DNA from: a virus
Lineage: Duplodnaviria > Caudoviricetes
Virus record (IMG/VR): IMGVR_UViG_3300020084_000018
Coordinates: 1 to 54,779 of that record
Length of the DNA: 54,779 nucleotides
Reading direction: 5' to 3' (one strand)
Positions 9,363 to 19,681 of the stretch are shown here, piece by piece (position 1 is the stretch's first letter; every line of letters starts with the position of its first letter). Below the pieces are notes generated by a model. The model searched no databases. It was given only the letters and a program-made list of their open reading frames with translations, and was not told the DNA's origin. The position numbers and the translations under genes were made by a program.

Positions 9363-12300
9363 CTACAGTAGCCCCATCCTAACCCTTAATACGTTACTCG
9401 CATCATATACATCAATACGAGTGTTTGTAATAACTAGACGCTCACCTGTTGTGCCGCTTCTAATTGTAGCTGCTCCACTTGGATCAACAATAAAGTTATT
9501 ATTAATGTTAATACTACCAGCGGTAATAGTTCCAAGGTTAGCACTAATTGCAGACAGACTGTTTACACTGATTTTATCCGCAGTTACTGCACCAGTTGCA
9601 ATAGCAGCAGCTTGGATAGCACCAGCTTGAATTAGTCCAGCAGTAATTGCGTTAGCCGCAATCTTATCTGTAGTGATAGCACCAGCAGAAACTTTAGTTG
9701 CGGTAATAGCACCATCTACAATGAGTTCACCACCAGCAGCTTTTCTAACAGTTAAAGCCCCTAGAGCAAGATAGTTAGCAGCTACTGCGTTAAAGCTGTA
9801 GAAAACAATACGACCTTGGCTGGCTCCGGGTGGAGTTCTTACGATATCACCCCACTTTGTATTAACATTAAAAACTCCACCGCCGTTAATAACGTCCTGA
9901 TAACCTAAGCTAGCACCGTTTTGCGTAAAGAACTGAAAGCGAATGATTGCGGCAGCAGCAGCATCACTTTCAAGGACAAAATCAACCCTATAATCTGTTG
10001 AAGGACTTATTGGTATAACAGGGCTATAGGCACCAGTATAACCACCAGAAGATTTATCAGGAGTGATAGCTAAAGCGTAAGGACCACTCCAAATAGGAAA
10101 TGCACTTACATCAGCTACACTTAAGGAACCAGTTCCTTCCCCAATATACCACGTAGGTTGACCCATTGCGTATTCTCTAAACTGAGCATCTGTTAACAGG
10201 TTATCTCTAGCAGAAACTACAATTTTAGAAGATACGATTGCATTAGCAGCAATTTGATCTGCTCCTACAGCACCAGCAGCAATCTTAGCAGCAGTGATTG
10301 AGTTTGCAGCAAGCTTGTCTGTAGTAACAGCACCAGCTAGAATTTTAGCTGCGGTTACGGCATTAGTAGCAAGCTTAGGGGTAGTAATGGCGTCAGGAGC
10401 AATCTTTGTATCTGTGATTGATTCATCCGCTACAGCAAAAGAAGGTGTTTCATACTTTTGGGTAGTGGTGTTCCAAGTGTATAAAGAACCTTGCCACGTA
10501 ATAGTATTGGTAGTTTTAGTTGTAGGCAAATCTGGGGTAGTGATGATACCTACAGGTTCGATACCCTGAGCAAATTTAGCCGCAGTCAAAGAGCCGTCTG
10601 CTATAGTAGCATTTACAGACTTTTCATAAACAGTCCCGTTCCAAGAATACAACTGATTATCTGTAGTCAAGAAAACAGTTCGACCTACGTAGTTACCAAT
10701 AGTGGGTAGAGTAGTTAAAACTTCTACAGGTGAAAGATTTGCGTCTTTCATTAGTTGAGGAACGTCTAGGTTAACGTCACTATTAGCGATGAACAATGCT
10801 GTAGCGTTACGACTTACAGAAAAAGCGGAGAAGTTACCGGAGTTGTCCACAGCCCTGAGCCAATACCACCTTTGTTGTCCACCTTCTAGGTTATGGATAA
10901 AATTGGTTCCATTTACCTTTCCGAGCAAAGTTCTGGTAGTAGTATCGTTTGAAGTGTTAACCCAAACTTCTACATGGTTCAAATCTCGATCAACAGGGTT
11001 AGTCCATTTAATCTCGATAGCTTTAGCAATACCAGTAGCACTGATACTTGTAGGAACACCGGGAGGGGCATTCTTACCGCTTAAAGTAGCACCAATTTGT
11101 TCCCAAGGACCAAGAAACCCGCCGACAGAAACAGCACGAACTCTGAACTGATAAGGAACACCAGCAATAACATTAGCAAGAACAATCTCTGTTTGAGACG
11201 TAGTTGTGGCAGACCAAGCAACGTCACTAGTTCTCTTATACTCAACATCATACTTATCAATGAAAGCACTGGTTGCAGCTTGCCAAGCTAGGAGAACTTC
11301 ACCAACTACAGAACCATCTTGTTGAACAGTTTGACGGTTTGCAACGCTTAGACCACTGATTGTTAGGCCAGAGTTAGCTACAGGAAGTCTTGTGTTATTC
11401 TTTAGGATAGCACTTTCTTCCGCAGTCCAACTATAGGCATCAGCAGAAGTTTCTTTGAGGACCAGGTTTACTTTAACTTCACCGTCACCACTTGGAACAA
11501 GTTTCCAGGAAATAACTTCAAAGAGTTTGTTGTCAAAACCATACCGATCAAAGGTAAAACTAACTACATCACCCACATTGAAAGGAACTGCTTTAAGACT
11601 AAAGTCCGCAGAGATTACGATTTCTTCACGACTACGGAACAGCGCCATTTTAGCTAGACGTTGAGCAGCAGCAGCAGAAGTGGTATAAGGTAGAGCCATA
11701 TCCAAGACGTTCTCTTGGTTGTTATCCCTTTGTAGGAATACAGAGGATTTAAACCGAGGATAATCTGTGCTGATCCAGTCTTGTTCAGCATCTACAAAAA
11801 CACCAGCAACAGCGTTGAAGTTCTCTTTACGAGAGTTCTTTGTTACTAGACTGATACCACTACGTAGATCACCAGCAGTGAGGTTGACATAAGGACCAGA
11901 AGGAAGATAACCAGCTTTGAATTGCCATTTACCTTGAGCCCAATATAGCGAACCCCCACAAGAAGTAAGCATATCAGATAGGTTGTTACGAGGGGAGTTT
12001 GCAGTTGATACAACACCATTTAGAGTGTATCGTTTCTCACTTCCGCCATCAGCTTTAGCAACTATACTATCACAAACGTTAGCAGCTACAATCCAGCTAT
12101 TGCTAGTTAGTGTAGCAGGAGATTGTGCAGAGTTAAGACCATAGTGAGAAGCTAGGTAGTCTCTGATACATAGAGCAGCGTTATCAGAATAAGCTGTAGT
12201 GCTAGTCCGAGGATCGAATACCTTTTTACCACGAACAATAGCTGTGACAGTAGGAATACCGTCAGCAAACACTTCTTGATCGTATTCTAGACGAACATAG

Positions 12301-12911
12301 AGATAAGCAATGCCTCTACCACGGAAGTTAGAGTCAATACTTGTTGTAGTGTTATTCAAAGAAGCATAAGACTGAGCAGCAGATAGAAGGTCTGGATCAA
12401 CAGTTTGGGTTGTGGTGCCTCTGTATTTCTTGATCCTGATTTTGCTTTTCCATTGGTTGCCAGTTACGAAACCATTGCTATCTAGAGAAACAGTATCTTC
12501 ATTAATATAAATATCATCAATAGCCTCAACTTCGTGACCAGCTAGAACAAGGATATAGTGCATAAATTTGTTGTCACGACCGTTAGTTTCCATAAAGGTG
12601 ATTGTTCCACCTTTACGAACTCTACCATAGACAATATCAAAAGCACCTACAGGTTCCCTACGGTTAGATAGAATACCCTGTTGACCTTCTGGTGGTTTGG
12701 GCATAAGTGCGGATAGAGCCCAAGAAGTAATAGCAGTAGTGATTAGGAAACCACCAATAGTTGCAAGACTGACACCTGCGACAGTAATTGTAGCTAGTGC
12801 AGTTCCGCCGAACAGGAAACCACCTACAGCAACAGCAAGAGGACCACGAGGAACCCTAGACCATTGGTTATATTTGTAGGGATGAATGTAGAGTGGGTTA
12901 AATTCTTGCAT
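9363..12911 (-). CDS. Tail tip/central fibre protein (lambda J-like)
   Basis: VYGRVR and GIAYLYVRL motifs, FN3 domains, GAITADKIAAN-type repeats, C-terminal RVRMG. Confidence 0.85.
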   Translation of the reverse strand: MQEFNPLYIHPYKYNQWSRVPRGPLAVAVGGFLFGGTALATITVAGVSLATIGGFLITTAITSWALSALMPKPPEGQQGILSNRREPVGAFDIVYGRVRKGGTITFMETNGRDNKFMHYILVLAGHEVEAIDDIYINEDTVSLDSNGFVTGNQWKSKIRIKKYRGTTTQTVDPDLLSAAQSYASLNNTTTSIDSNFRGRGIAYLYVRLEYDQEVFADGIPTVTAIVRGKKVFDPRTSTTAYSDNAALCIRDYLASHYGLNSAQSPATLTSNSWIVAANVCDSIVAKADGGSEKRYTLNGVVSTANSPRNNLSDMLTSCGGSLYWAQGKWQFKAGYLPSGPYVNLTAGDLRSGISLVTKNSRKENFNAVAGVFVDAEQDWISTDYPRFKSSVFLQRDNNQENVLDMALPYTTSAAAAQRLAKMALFRSREEIVISADFSLKAVPFNVGDVVSFTFDRYGFDNKLFEVISWKLVPSGDGEVKVNLVLKETSADAYSWTAEESAILKNNTRLPVANSGLTISGLSVANRQTVQQDGSVVGEVLLAWQAATSAFIDKYDVEYKRTSDVAWSATTTSQTEIVLANVIAGVPYQFRVRAVSVGGFLGPWEQIGATLSGKNAPPGVPTSISATGIAKAIEIKWTNPVDRDLNHVEVWVNTSNDTTTRTLLGKVNGTNFIHNLEGGQQRWYWLRAVDNSGNFSAFSVSRNATALFIANSDVNLDVPQLMKDANLSPVEVLTTLPTIGNYVGRTVFLTTDNQLYSWNGTVYEKSVNATIADGSLTAAKFAQGIEPVGIITTPDLPTTKTTNTITWQGSLYTWNTTTQKYETPSFAVADESITDTKIAPDAITTPKLATNAVTAAKILAGAVTTDKLAANSITAAKIAAGAVGADQIAANAIVSSKIVVSARDNLLTDAQFREYAMGQPTWYIGEGTGSLSVADVSAFPIWSGPYALAITPDKSSGGYTGAYSPVIPISPSTDYRVDFVLESDAAAAAIIRFQFFTQNGASLGYQDVINGGGVFNVNTKWGDIVRTPPGASQGRIVFYSFNAVAANYLALGALTVRKAAGGELIVDGAITATKVSAGAITTDKIAANAITAGLIQAGAIQAAAIATGAVTADKISVNSLSAISANLGTITAGSININNNFIVDPSGAATIRSGTTGERLVITNTRIDVYDASNVLRVRMGLL

Positions 12912-13284
12912 CTTTATTCTTCCATGAGTAATCTACCAACTTGGTAGGAATGTAGCGCACACCACGCTTGTTGAGGAACACGCTTAAATCACCAACACAG
13001 AAGCCTATAACTATTCCCTCTAGGGCAGTATCCCCCGGAACCTTAACGGCTACTAGGTGGCCTTCCTGTGGCTTCTCTGAGCGTTCTAAAACAGCATCGA
13101 AAGCATCTAGTGCGTTACTGAACTTCGAGTCCCTTAAGGTGACCATTTGGTTATACTCTGGACAGTATTCAAAGCCGTGATACAGTTCCCAAAGATGATT
13201 AGTAAACTGAACGCAGTGGTTAGTCTTTTCGTGAAACTCTTGCTTTGCCTTGCTTTGTAGATAAGTAATCATTTCGGGTTTCAT
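12898..13284 (-). CDS. Tail tip assembly protein (NlpC/P60-like)
   Basis: HCVQF motif; position between the hub gene and J. Confidence 0.5.
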   Translation of the reverse strand: MKPEMITYLQSKAKQEFHEKTNHCVQFTNHLWELYHGFEYCPEYNQMVTLRDSKFSNALDAFDAVLERSEKPQEGHLVAVKVPGDTALEGIVIGFCVGDLSVFLNKRGVRYIPTKLVDYSWKNKDARI

Positions 13285-13289
13285 GTTTA

Positions 13290-13886
13290 TTACCTTCCAC
13301 GGTTAGCAGCTAGGTTAACTACACTAGATAGCCAACCACCAAGACCGCCAGTGCTTCTGCCCCAAGAAACTTGTTTATCCGCTAGATCAGAAACAAAGCT
13401 AAAGAAGGTATCGCCGGGATAAAGGTTCTGCATAGTCTCATGAGTATACCTCAAAGGAACTATACGATCTAACATGATAAGACGACTTTCACACTGGATA
13501 TTAACAGTGCAAGTTGTGCCAGAGTCATCAATGGTCATTACGTCCATGAAGCCTGAGAACACTTCTACAAAATCGCTCCCACTACCGAAATGAATACGGC
13601 ATTCTCTGTTTTGGTAGGGTTCAGACAGAGCAGTAACAACAATAGCAGAGTCAATACCTGTTAGGGTAATGCTGGCACCGGGAGCAGACATATCATCCGC
13701 TTCTTCCATACCTGTGATAGAAAGTAGGGAACCCGTGCCAGTATATACGTTACCATTAAGTGTCTTGTTACCTACGCCAGTCCAAAGTCGCATAGTGCCT
13801 TGGTCAAAGAATAGTTCAACAGCAAAGAATAGTTCTACAGAGGGAGAATTAAGAGCAGCCTCAAGGGTCGAGTTTAGGGTTTTCAT
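13290..13886 (-). CDS. Minor tail/hub protein
   Basis: RLWTG.G, YTGTGSLL, YPGD.FF and WG motifs; synteny. Confidence 0.65.
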   Translation of the reverse strand: MKTLNSTLEAALNSPSVELFFAVELFFDQGTMRLWTGVGNKTLNGNVYTGTGSLLSITGMEEADDMSAPGASITLTGIDSAIVVTALSEPYQNRECRIHFGSGSDFVEVFSGFMDVMTIDDSGTTCTVNIQCESRLIMLDRIVPLRYTHETMQNLYPGDTFFSFVSDLADKQVSWGRSTGGLGGWLSSVVNLAANRGR

Positions 13887-14515
13887 TAAATTACTTCCTC
13901 ACAATCAAAAGAGATATTGTATCTACAGTTATTAGTTTCTGTGTAGTTAAAGGTTCCACTTGATCTGCGGAACAATCCTTTAGGTGAATAGATAGTTACA
14001 ATATCGCCAATTCCGGGAACAATTCTGAACTTAGGCCAAATGTTAATTGTTCCACTAACTCCACTAGAGTTAAGGTTTACGTTATTACAAACTTTATACA
14101 GTCTTGAGTCTAGAGCAGTTCCTAGCTGTATCCAATCTCCACGCTTAAGCCAGTTAGTTACCGCACCAGACCCACTAACAGAAACAGTAAGAGAGTCTAG
14201 GTTAGTTGTGGCGCGAGTTTGAACGAGAGGAACTCCACCACCACCAACACCCATAGGAGCAACTGCCATAGGATCACCGAAAAGGAAGGTTCCTAGAGTC
14301 CCATGTAGAGAGTCTAAGAAACCAACCCAATCTTCTGCCTGCTCCCGGTTTAGATCATTTACACTAATAGAAGCATATCTGATTGCACCGGGGTAGGCTT
14401 GTGCTTGACCTTGGAAGGTAAAAGGAGAGCGAGAGATAAGACTAGCGGTAGCGTTAGTCCAAGTTAGATTAGTGATACCGCTAGTTGGAACTGTCGCGGG
14501 ATATGAGACAGTCAT
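13886..14515 (-). CDS. Distal tail protein
   Basis: SPFT..Q motif; immediately downstream of the tape measure gene. Confidence 0.6.
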   Translation of the reverse strand: MTVSYPATVPTSGITNLTWTNATASLISRSPFTFQGQAQAYPGAIRYASISVNDLNREQAEDWVGFLDSLHGTLGTFLFGDPMAVAPMGVGGGGVPLVQTRATTNLDSLTVSVSGSGAVTNWLKRGDWIQLGTALDSRLYKVCNNVNLNSSGVSGTINIWPKFRIVPGIGDIVTIYSPKGLFRRSSGTFNYTETNNCRYNISFDCEEVI

Positions 14516-17505
14516 TATTTAAAGCCTCCTTGTTTTCTTCGTTGAGCATCAACTACAGCAGCTTTAGCTACGTTAGTGATAGCAGGTAGTTGCTCTTGGA
14601 TTACCTTACGGATTGTATCATCACCGTTAGCAGCAATATGCCAATGGTTATTGATATTAACATCGCCAGAACCACCACCTTGCATTTCTACACCAAGCTT
14701 ACCTTGAGCATTACGCTTTAGTGGTAGGATAGCTTCTGGTCCAGCTTCACCCATCATTCCAGTTCCACCACTATAATTGAATAGTGTAGGACTATCTACA
14801 ACACCACCTTTGGCAAACATCTTGACACCACCGGCACCAAATGAGTTCCCTTTAGCAGACATTAGACCGATCACTGTTTGAGCAACTGTATCAGCAGCAC
14901 CTTTAGCAACATAGGTCTGGTAGATTTCTTTAATGATAGATGCAAGCATAGATTTGAAAGCATCCTCGATACTAGCGGTTCCAGTAACAACGTCCATAAG
15001 GAAAGACTCAAAGCTAGATGAAGCCATGTTGAAAAGGTCTTGCTCTCGTTTTAGTCTACGCTCTAGGGCAAGTTCTTCCCTAGCCATAGCTTCAATTTGA
15101 GCATCTGAGACAAGGTGCCTAGCTTCGCCAAGACGGTTTTCTACCTCAATAATCTTTTCAAGTTCTTCCTTCTGTTCTCCATAAACACCGATCAGCCTTT
15201 GTTGCTGTTCCATGTTCTTTTCAAACTGGTCGTAGAACTCGTTAAGTTTCTTAGCAGCCTTCTCAGCAGCTTTTTCCTCGTCAGACTTCTTCTCTTTACC
15301 GCCTTTCTTACCACCCTTTTTAGGATTGTTTGCTTCGTTCCAAGCTTTAGTTCCAGCAGCGAATTGTTCTTCATATTCTAGATTTTGTAGGGCATTTGCC
15401 TCATAGGCTTTTTTCATAGCCCCGCCTACAATACGACCAAACAAGTTATCTGGTAGGTCTAGGCTTTGACCATAGCGGACAACATCGCCAGCAACTCTAG
15501 CCTGACCGGGAGTTTTACCTTCCTGTAAAGCTTGGTTCTGAGCCTGTAGAACAGCCGCTTCTTGCCCTAGTCTACCTAGTTGGGCCATACCCCTACCAAC
15601 AGCATTAACAACGCCTAGAAGGCGATTAGCTGCGGCCTCAGCCCTAGTAAACACACCTGAAATATCAATGCCAGAAATGTTCTCTAGAGTGCGTAGGATA
15701 GTCTGTAGCGCAATCTCGTAACGGTCTGCGGCTTGCTCAATAGCAATCTGTTCTGTCTTCTGAGCAATAAGGTTGTCTAGTAGAGTCCCCTTAATACCAG
15801 CCCGCCTCATTTCAGTCTCAAAGATGCTTAGTTGTTGGTCACGTTCAGCATTGAGATACTGGATAGAGTTTTCACCATATTGGAGTTTAACCCTAGCGAG
15901 AGCGTTAGACCTACGAAGTTCTTCATTCTGTTCTTTGTAGGTTTGGAAGGCTTTAGATGCAGCCTCGTTAGTGGCAGTCCAATTACCGTTAATATTTTCA
16001 ACAGCTTTAGCGTTAAGTCCGCTTTCTTCACCAATCTTAATGAAGTGACTTAAAATGTCTTGAGAAATACCGGGAATTGCTTCGATAGTCTCATAGAACT
16101 CTTGCCAACGGTTTACTAGCTCTGCTTGACTATTAATGCTACCATTAAATAGTTGATCGTGAGCAGCTTGGACTTGAGCTAGAACATCGTTATATTCTCT
16201 TGCAGCCCTAGCGGCTTCCATTGTAGCTTCTAGGCTAGTGTTAGGAGTTTGGAATGTTCTACCCCAAAAACCAGCATTAGCACTAGGATCATTAACTGTA
16301 GCTTGACGTTGGAGTAGACTTGTGGAGTTACCCTTGATCTGATCTAGTGTCCCTTGAATTTTTGACCTAGCAATATCAGCGATAAAGGCACCATATTCTT
16401 GACGAACACGAGAGATACTTTGAGTTAGGTTCTGATCTACACTAAGTCCAAGGTTCTTGAATGTCCGGTCTAGATCATCAAAATCACTAATACTAGCGTA
16501 GGTTTCCTCAGCTTCCTTCTTACCTCTAGTGAAGGACTGGATAACTAGACCTAGACCAATAGCAGCAAAGGTAGTAAGCGCACCAGCTAGACCGGGAATT
16601 AGACCAGCCAACTGAGCAGCCTGTTGAGAGAAAGCTACACCTGCGTTAGTTCCTGATTGTAGCTGAACTGCAAAGTCACCAATCTGATAACCTGCTTGTT
16701 GGGCATACATACCAAACCTAGAGGCAGCTTTACCAGAAATACCTGCCATTTCACCAAACTGGTTGAAACGAGAACCTGCAAGATAAACACCACTACTTAG
16801 TGCCTTATACTCTGTATCAAGTTGATTTAGAGCAGCAGCCATTTGTTTAGCATCAATGACGCCTAGTTGATGAGCGCGATTAATGTCTCCTTGTAGTTTG
16901 CGGTATTGCCCTTCGGCAGCTAGTAAGGGATTGTATTTTGCAGTAAGAGCAGCAATCTCACGCTCTTTACTTTGGGCGGCTGCGGTAGTCTCTTTCATAG
17001 CATCTGCTAATGCTCTTTCTCTTTCTACAAGGGCAGAACTAGCAGCAGAGTTAGGCGCACCAGATTCACCGGCACTTGGACCTTTCATGAAGTCCTGTTG
17101 AAAGAACTGTTTCCAGCTTTGTTCACGAAGTTTGAGAATACGCTGTTCTTCGGCAGCTTGTGTTTCTAGTTGTTTAAGTAGGACAGAGTTAGAAGCGTTG
17201 ATACCTGTAGTGCCACCTTTAAGGTAGTCTTGCTGGAAGAACTGTTTCCAATTCTGTTCCCGACGCTTAAGTGTCTGAGCTTCATCCTTTGCAGCTTGCT
17301 CTAGCTTCTGGTTATTGATAACGCTTTGAGCGCGATCTAGAGCCTGCTCTACTTGTGATGCAGTTGCTTTAGATGCTCTGGCAAGTCTGTTACCTTCGGT
17401 TTGGACCCTATTAACCATTTGGGTAAATGACATACCATATTCGTTAAGAAGGTCGATTGCAGCTTTTAGATCGCCACTATCTACAACAATATCTACATCA
17501 GCCAC
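14515..17505 (-). CDS. Tape measure protein
   Basis: 996 aa, Ala/Gln-rich helical; QAGYQIGDFAVQ motif and C-terminal FAKGG...GEAGPEAILPL. Confidence 0.92.
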   Translation of the reverse strand: MADVDIVVDSGDLKAAIDLLNEYGMSFTQMVNRVQTEGNRLARASKATASQVEQALDRAQSVINNQKLEQAAKDEAQTLKRREQNWKQFFQQDYLKGGTTGINASNSVLLKQLETQAAEEQRILKLREQSWKQFFQQDFMKGPSAGESGAPNSAASSALVERERALADAMKETTAAAQSKEREIAALTAKYNPLLAAEGQYRKLQGDINRAHQLGVIDAKQMAAALNQLDTEYKALSSGVYLAGSRFNQFGEMAGISGKAASRFGMYAQQAGYQIGDFAVQLQSGTNAGVAFSQQAAQLAGLIPGLAGALTTFAAIGLGLVIQSFTRGKKEAEETYASISDFDDLDRTFKNLGLSVDQNLTQSISRVRQEYGAFIADIARSKIQGTLDQIKGNSTSLLQRQATVNDPSANAGFWGRTFQTPNTSLEATMEAARAAREYNDVLAQVQAAHDQLFNGSINSQAELVNRWQEFYETIEAIPGISQDILSHFIKIGEESGLNAKAVENINGNWTATNEAASKAFQTYKEQNEELRRSNALARVKLQYGENSIQYLNAERDQQLSIFETEMRRAGIKGTLLDNLIAQKTEQIAIEQAADRYEIALQTILRTLENISGIDISGVFTRAEAAANRLLGVVNAVGRGMAQLGRLGQEAAVLQAQNQALQEGKTPGQARVAGDVVRYGQSLDLPDNLFGRIVGGAMKKAYEANALQNLEYEEQFAAGTKAWNEANNPKKGGKKGGKEKKSDEEKAAEKAAKKLNEFYDQFEKNMEQQQRLIGVYGEQKEELEKIIEVENRLGEARHLVSDAQIEAMAREELALERRLKREQDLFNMASSSFESFLMDVVTGTASIEDAFKSMLASIIKEIYQTYVAKGAADTVAQTVIGLMSAKGNSFGAGGVKMFAKGGVVDSPTLFNYSGGTGMMGEAGPEAILPLKRNAQGKLGVEMQGGGSGDVNINNHWHIAANGDDTIRKVIQEQLPAITNVAKAAVVDAQRRKQGGFK

Positions 17506-17827
17506 TATTCATAATCCCTAAATATTCTCGGTCTAATTTTTGAATGATCTGCACTTCTAGCGGACCAATGAGTTTGCCCATAATCGAGTTGTAGGCTTGC
17601 ATTTGCTCAAATGAGATTGGAGCAGGACCACTGAAACCCTGATTACGACTGTTGCTTAGTTCAATAAAAATGCGCCAGACAGGAGACAGCAGATCAGGAA
17701 ACTGTGGTAAGTTTAGTTCCTCTGGTCTAATCCCTGTTTGGCGCTCTACTGCTTCTAAGTGTGACTTTAGCGAAACTCCTTTATCATCAGTCCTGGCTAA
17801 CTCAAAGGTATGTTTCGCATAGGTCAC
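17498..17827 (-). CDS. Tail assembly chaperone, C-terminal (frameshift) part
   Basis: Directly precedes the tape measure gene; lies in the -1 frame relative to the upstream chaperone ORF. Confidence 0.7.
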   Translation of the reverse strand: MTYAKHTFELARTDDKGVSLKSHLEAVERQTGIRPEELNLPQFPDLLSPVWRIFIELSNSRNQGFSGPAPISFEQMQAYNSIMGKLIGPLEVQIIQKLDREYLGIMNSG

Positions 17828-17838
17828 TAAGTCGTCTA

Positions 17839-18228
17839 TCAGGGAATGGTAAAATCCACGAGTTTAGCAGTAGCCTCGTTAACTAGAATTTTAATCCAGA
17901 ACGCACTGTCATAAATCTCACGGGCAAGTTTCTTATTGAACTTTGGCTTCTTGCCTTCCCAAGTGATGTTCCAATCTACGGTTGTCTCAACCATAACATT
18001 AAGAGCAAATTCCTCGAAATCCTGGAACTTAGTTTCATCACTAGCTTCCTTTAGATTCTTCATTCGTTCGTTGCTAAGTTTGTGAACTACCTCTTTATAC
18101 TCTTTGGAGTAGGGAGACATAACCGTAATGGTCATGTTGGTTCCATCAGCGTTCTTTAGGTTCTTATCTTTAATCTTTAGTTCAACTTCTACGTTATCGT
18201 TAGAAGGCACAAAATTCTTAAGGTCCAT
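17839..18228 (-). CDS. Tail assembly chaperone
   Basis: SD AAGGA before ATG 18228; follows the major tail gene; slippery-like GGATTTT near the 3' end. Confidence 0.75.
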   Translation of the reverse strand: MDLKNFVPSNDNVEVELKIKDKNLKNADGTNMTITVMSPYSKEYKEVVHKLSNERMKNLKEASDETKFQDFEEFALNVMVETTVDWNITWEGKKPKFNKKLAREIYDSAFWIKILVNEATAKLVDFTIP

Positions 18229-18269
18229 CGGGTTATTCCTTTTCTGTTTTCGGGTTGATAAAATATAGT

Positions 18270-18303
18270 GGGCCGCAATAGAACCCGACAACTATTGCGG
18301 CCC
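18270..18303 (-). promoter_or_regulatory. 12-bp perfect hairpin after the major tail gene
   Basis: GGGCCGCAATAG/CTATTGCGGCCC stem with a 10-nt loop. Confidence 0.7.
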
Positions 18304-18317
18304 TTCCCCGTAGGGAA

Positions 18318-19247
18318 TTAGGCAACTACTGTGCGGGTAACTTGTAGCACAGTGTTTGTAGCTGAATCATAGATACCGCTAAAGCCAATGCTCATAACAC
18401 GAGACTTAGGACCAGATACAGGAAGATCACCGCTGTTGAATTTAGCGCGGGGAATTAGGAAGGTGTAGGGACGGTTAGCAGCAGCGTTGTTTAGAGTAAA
18501 CTCAATTGCTGTTTCTGTCTCGTTTACAAAGCGGTTATAAACAGTTGGATCACTGATATAAGCTGAGATAGTTCCGCTAACTGTAGCCATACCAAATTCT
18601 AGGTCTGCGGTAGAGCATGAACCTACAACAAAAGCTGGTGAAATATCGTTGTTAAGGCTTAGTTCAATACCAGTAACAACACCAACAGTTGAGAGAGTTC
18701 CACCTGTGTTACCCATACGGAGAGCGCCTGAGCAACTATCAAATGGTGCATGTGAGGCAGGAGCAGTCTTTGTAGGTTTGCTTGATGTTGCGGTAATAAC
18801 TGCATCACGACCAACTAGACCGAAAGTAGCCTGAGCCATTTGGTTAGGAGCAACTGAAAGACCCAGAGAACCTACGGCAACACCGTTAAACATACGAAAT
18901 ACGTTAACGTCTTGCATAGCATCTTCAAATGAGAAGGTCGAAAGAGTTGTGCCAACTTTAAGGACGTTGGTTGCCCAAGTTGACATAAACGCACCTTCTA
19001 GAAGTGGATCAAAGTCAACCGGTCCTAGTTCTACAGTAATTTCACCGCCTACCTGACGGTTGCCATGACGATCATTTCGGATCATACGGTCTGGCATTAG
19101 TGCAGCAGAAGTAATCTGTTCTTTGTTTAGGTTAAGTGAACTACCAGTGTAGGGAATTGAGAGCATGTTCCCGGTAGCAGGTGTAGTTCCGAATACTGTT
19201 TCTTTAATATATGAGAGGCCGCTACGCGCACCTTGAGCAAATGGCAT
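18318..19247 (-). CDS. Major tail tube protein
   Basis: YIKETVFGTTP N-terminus, 309 aa, synteny. Confidence 0.85.
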   Translation of the reverse strand: MPFAQGARSGLSYIKETVFGTTPATGNMLSIPYTGSSLNLNKEQITSAALMPDRMIRNDRHGNRQVGGEITVELGPVDFDPLLEGAFMSTWATNVLKVGTTLSTFSFEDAMQDVNVFRMFNGVAVGSLGLSVAPNQMAQATFGLVGRDAVITATSSKPTKTAPASHAPFDSCSGALRMGNTGGTLSTVGVVTGIELSLNNDISPAFVVGSCSTADLEFGMATVSGTISAYISDPTVYNRFVNETETAIEFTLNNAAANRPYTFLIPRAKFNSGDLPVSGPKSRVMSIGFSGIYDSATNTVLQVTRTVVA

Positions 19248-19261
19248 TTGTATTTCCTTTG

Positions 19262-19681
19262 TTAGTTAGTAAAGCAAGTCCAGTGGATATTGACCGGAGT
19301 TTTGAACCAAGGGCTTTCTGGAAATCCCCTCATACGTTCTGTTCTGTTAATTGTGATTGCTATGTCTTGAAACTGAATATCTGTTGTAGCTTCAAACCTG
19401 TCACAGATAAGGTTAGCCATAGTGTTTGTCGGCTTTTGTCCTTGTCCCTCTGGATAGTTTAGAACTACTTGGAATAGACCTACATAGCGTTGCATGAAAG
19501 GTTTGCCATTTGGCATCTGTCCATAGAAAGGAGTTCTACGATCAATAGGAACAAATCTAGTTCGTAGGAATGGAGTGCCAACTGTAGGACTGTAGTTGAC
19601 ATTCTCATAGGCGATAGCGGGAACACCTTCAATGGAAGCTAGACGACTTTCGAGAGCAGCTAGAATTTTATCATAGTTCAT
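19262..19681 (-). CDS. Tail terminator protein
   Basis: IAYENV..P and GLFQV..YP.G.G patterns; synteny. Confidence 0.7.
   Translation of the reverse strand: MNYDKILAALESRLASIEGVPAIAYENVNYSPTVGTPFLRTRFVPIDRRTPFYGQMPNGKPFMQRYVGLFQVVLNYPEGQGQKPTNTMANLICDRFEATTDIQFQDIAITINRTERMRGFPESPWFKTPVNIHWTCFTN

Noticed and set aside
9363-10460. Diversity-generating retroelement repeats in the tail tip gene
   Set aside because: The repeats are ordinary GAITADKI-type structural repeats. No reverse transcriptase or adenine-specific TR/VR pair was seen.
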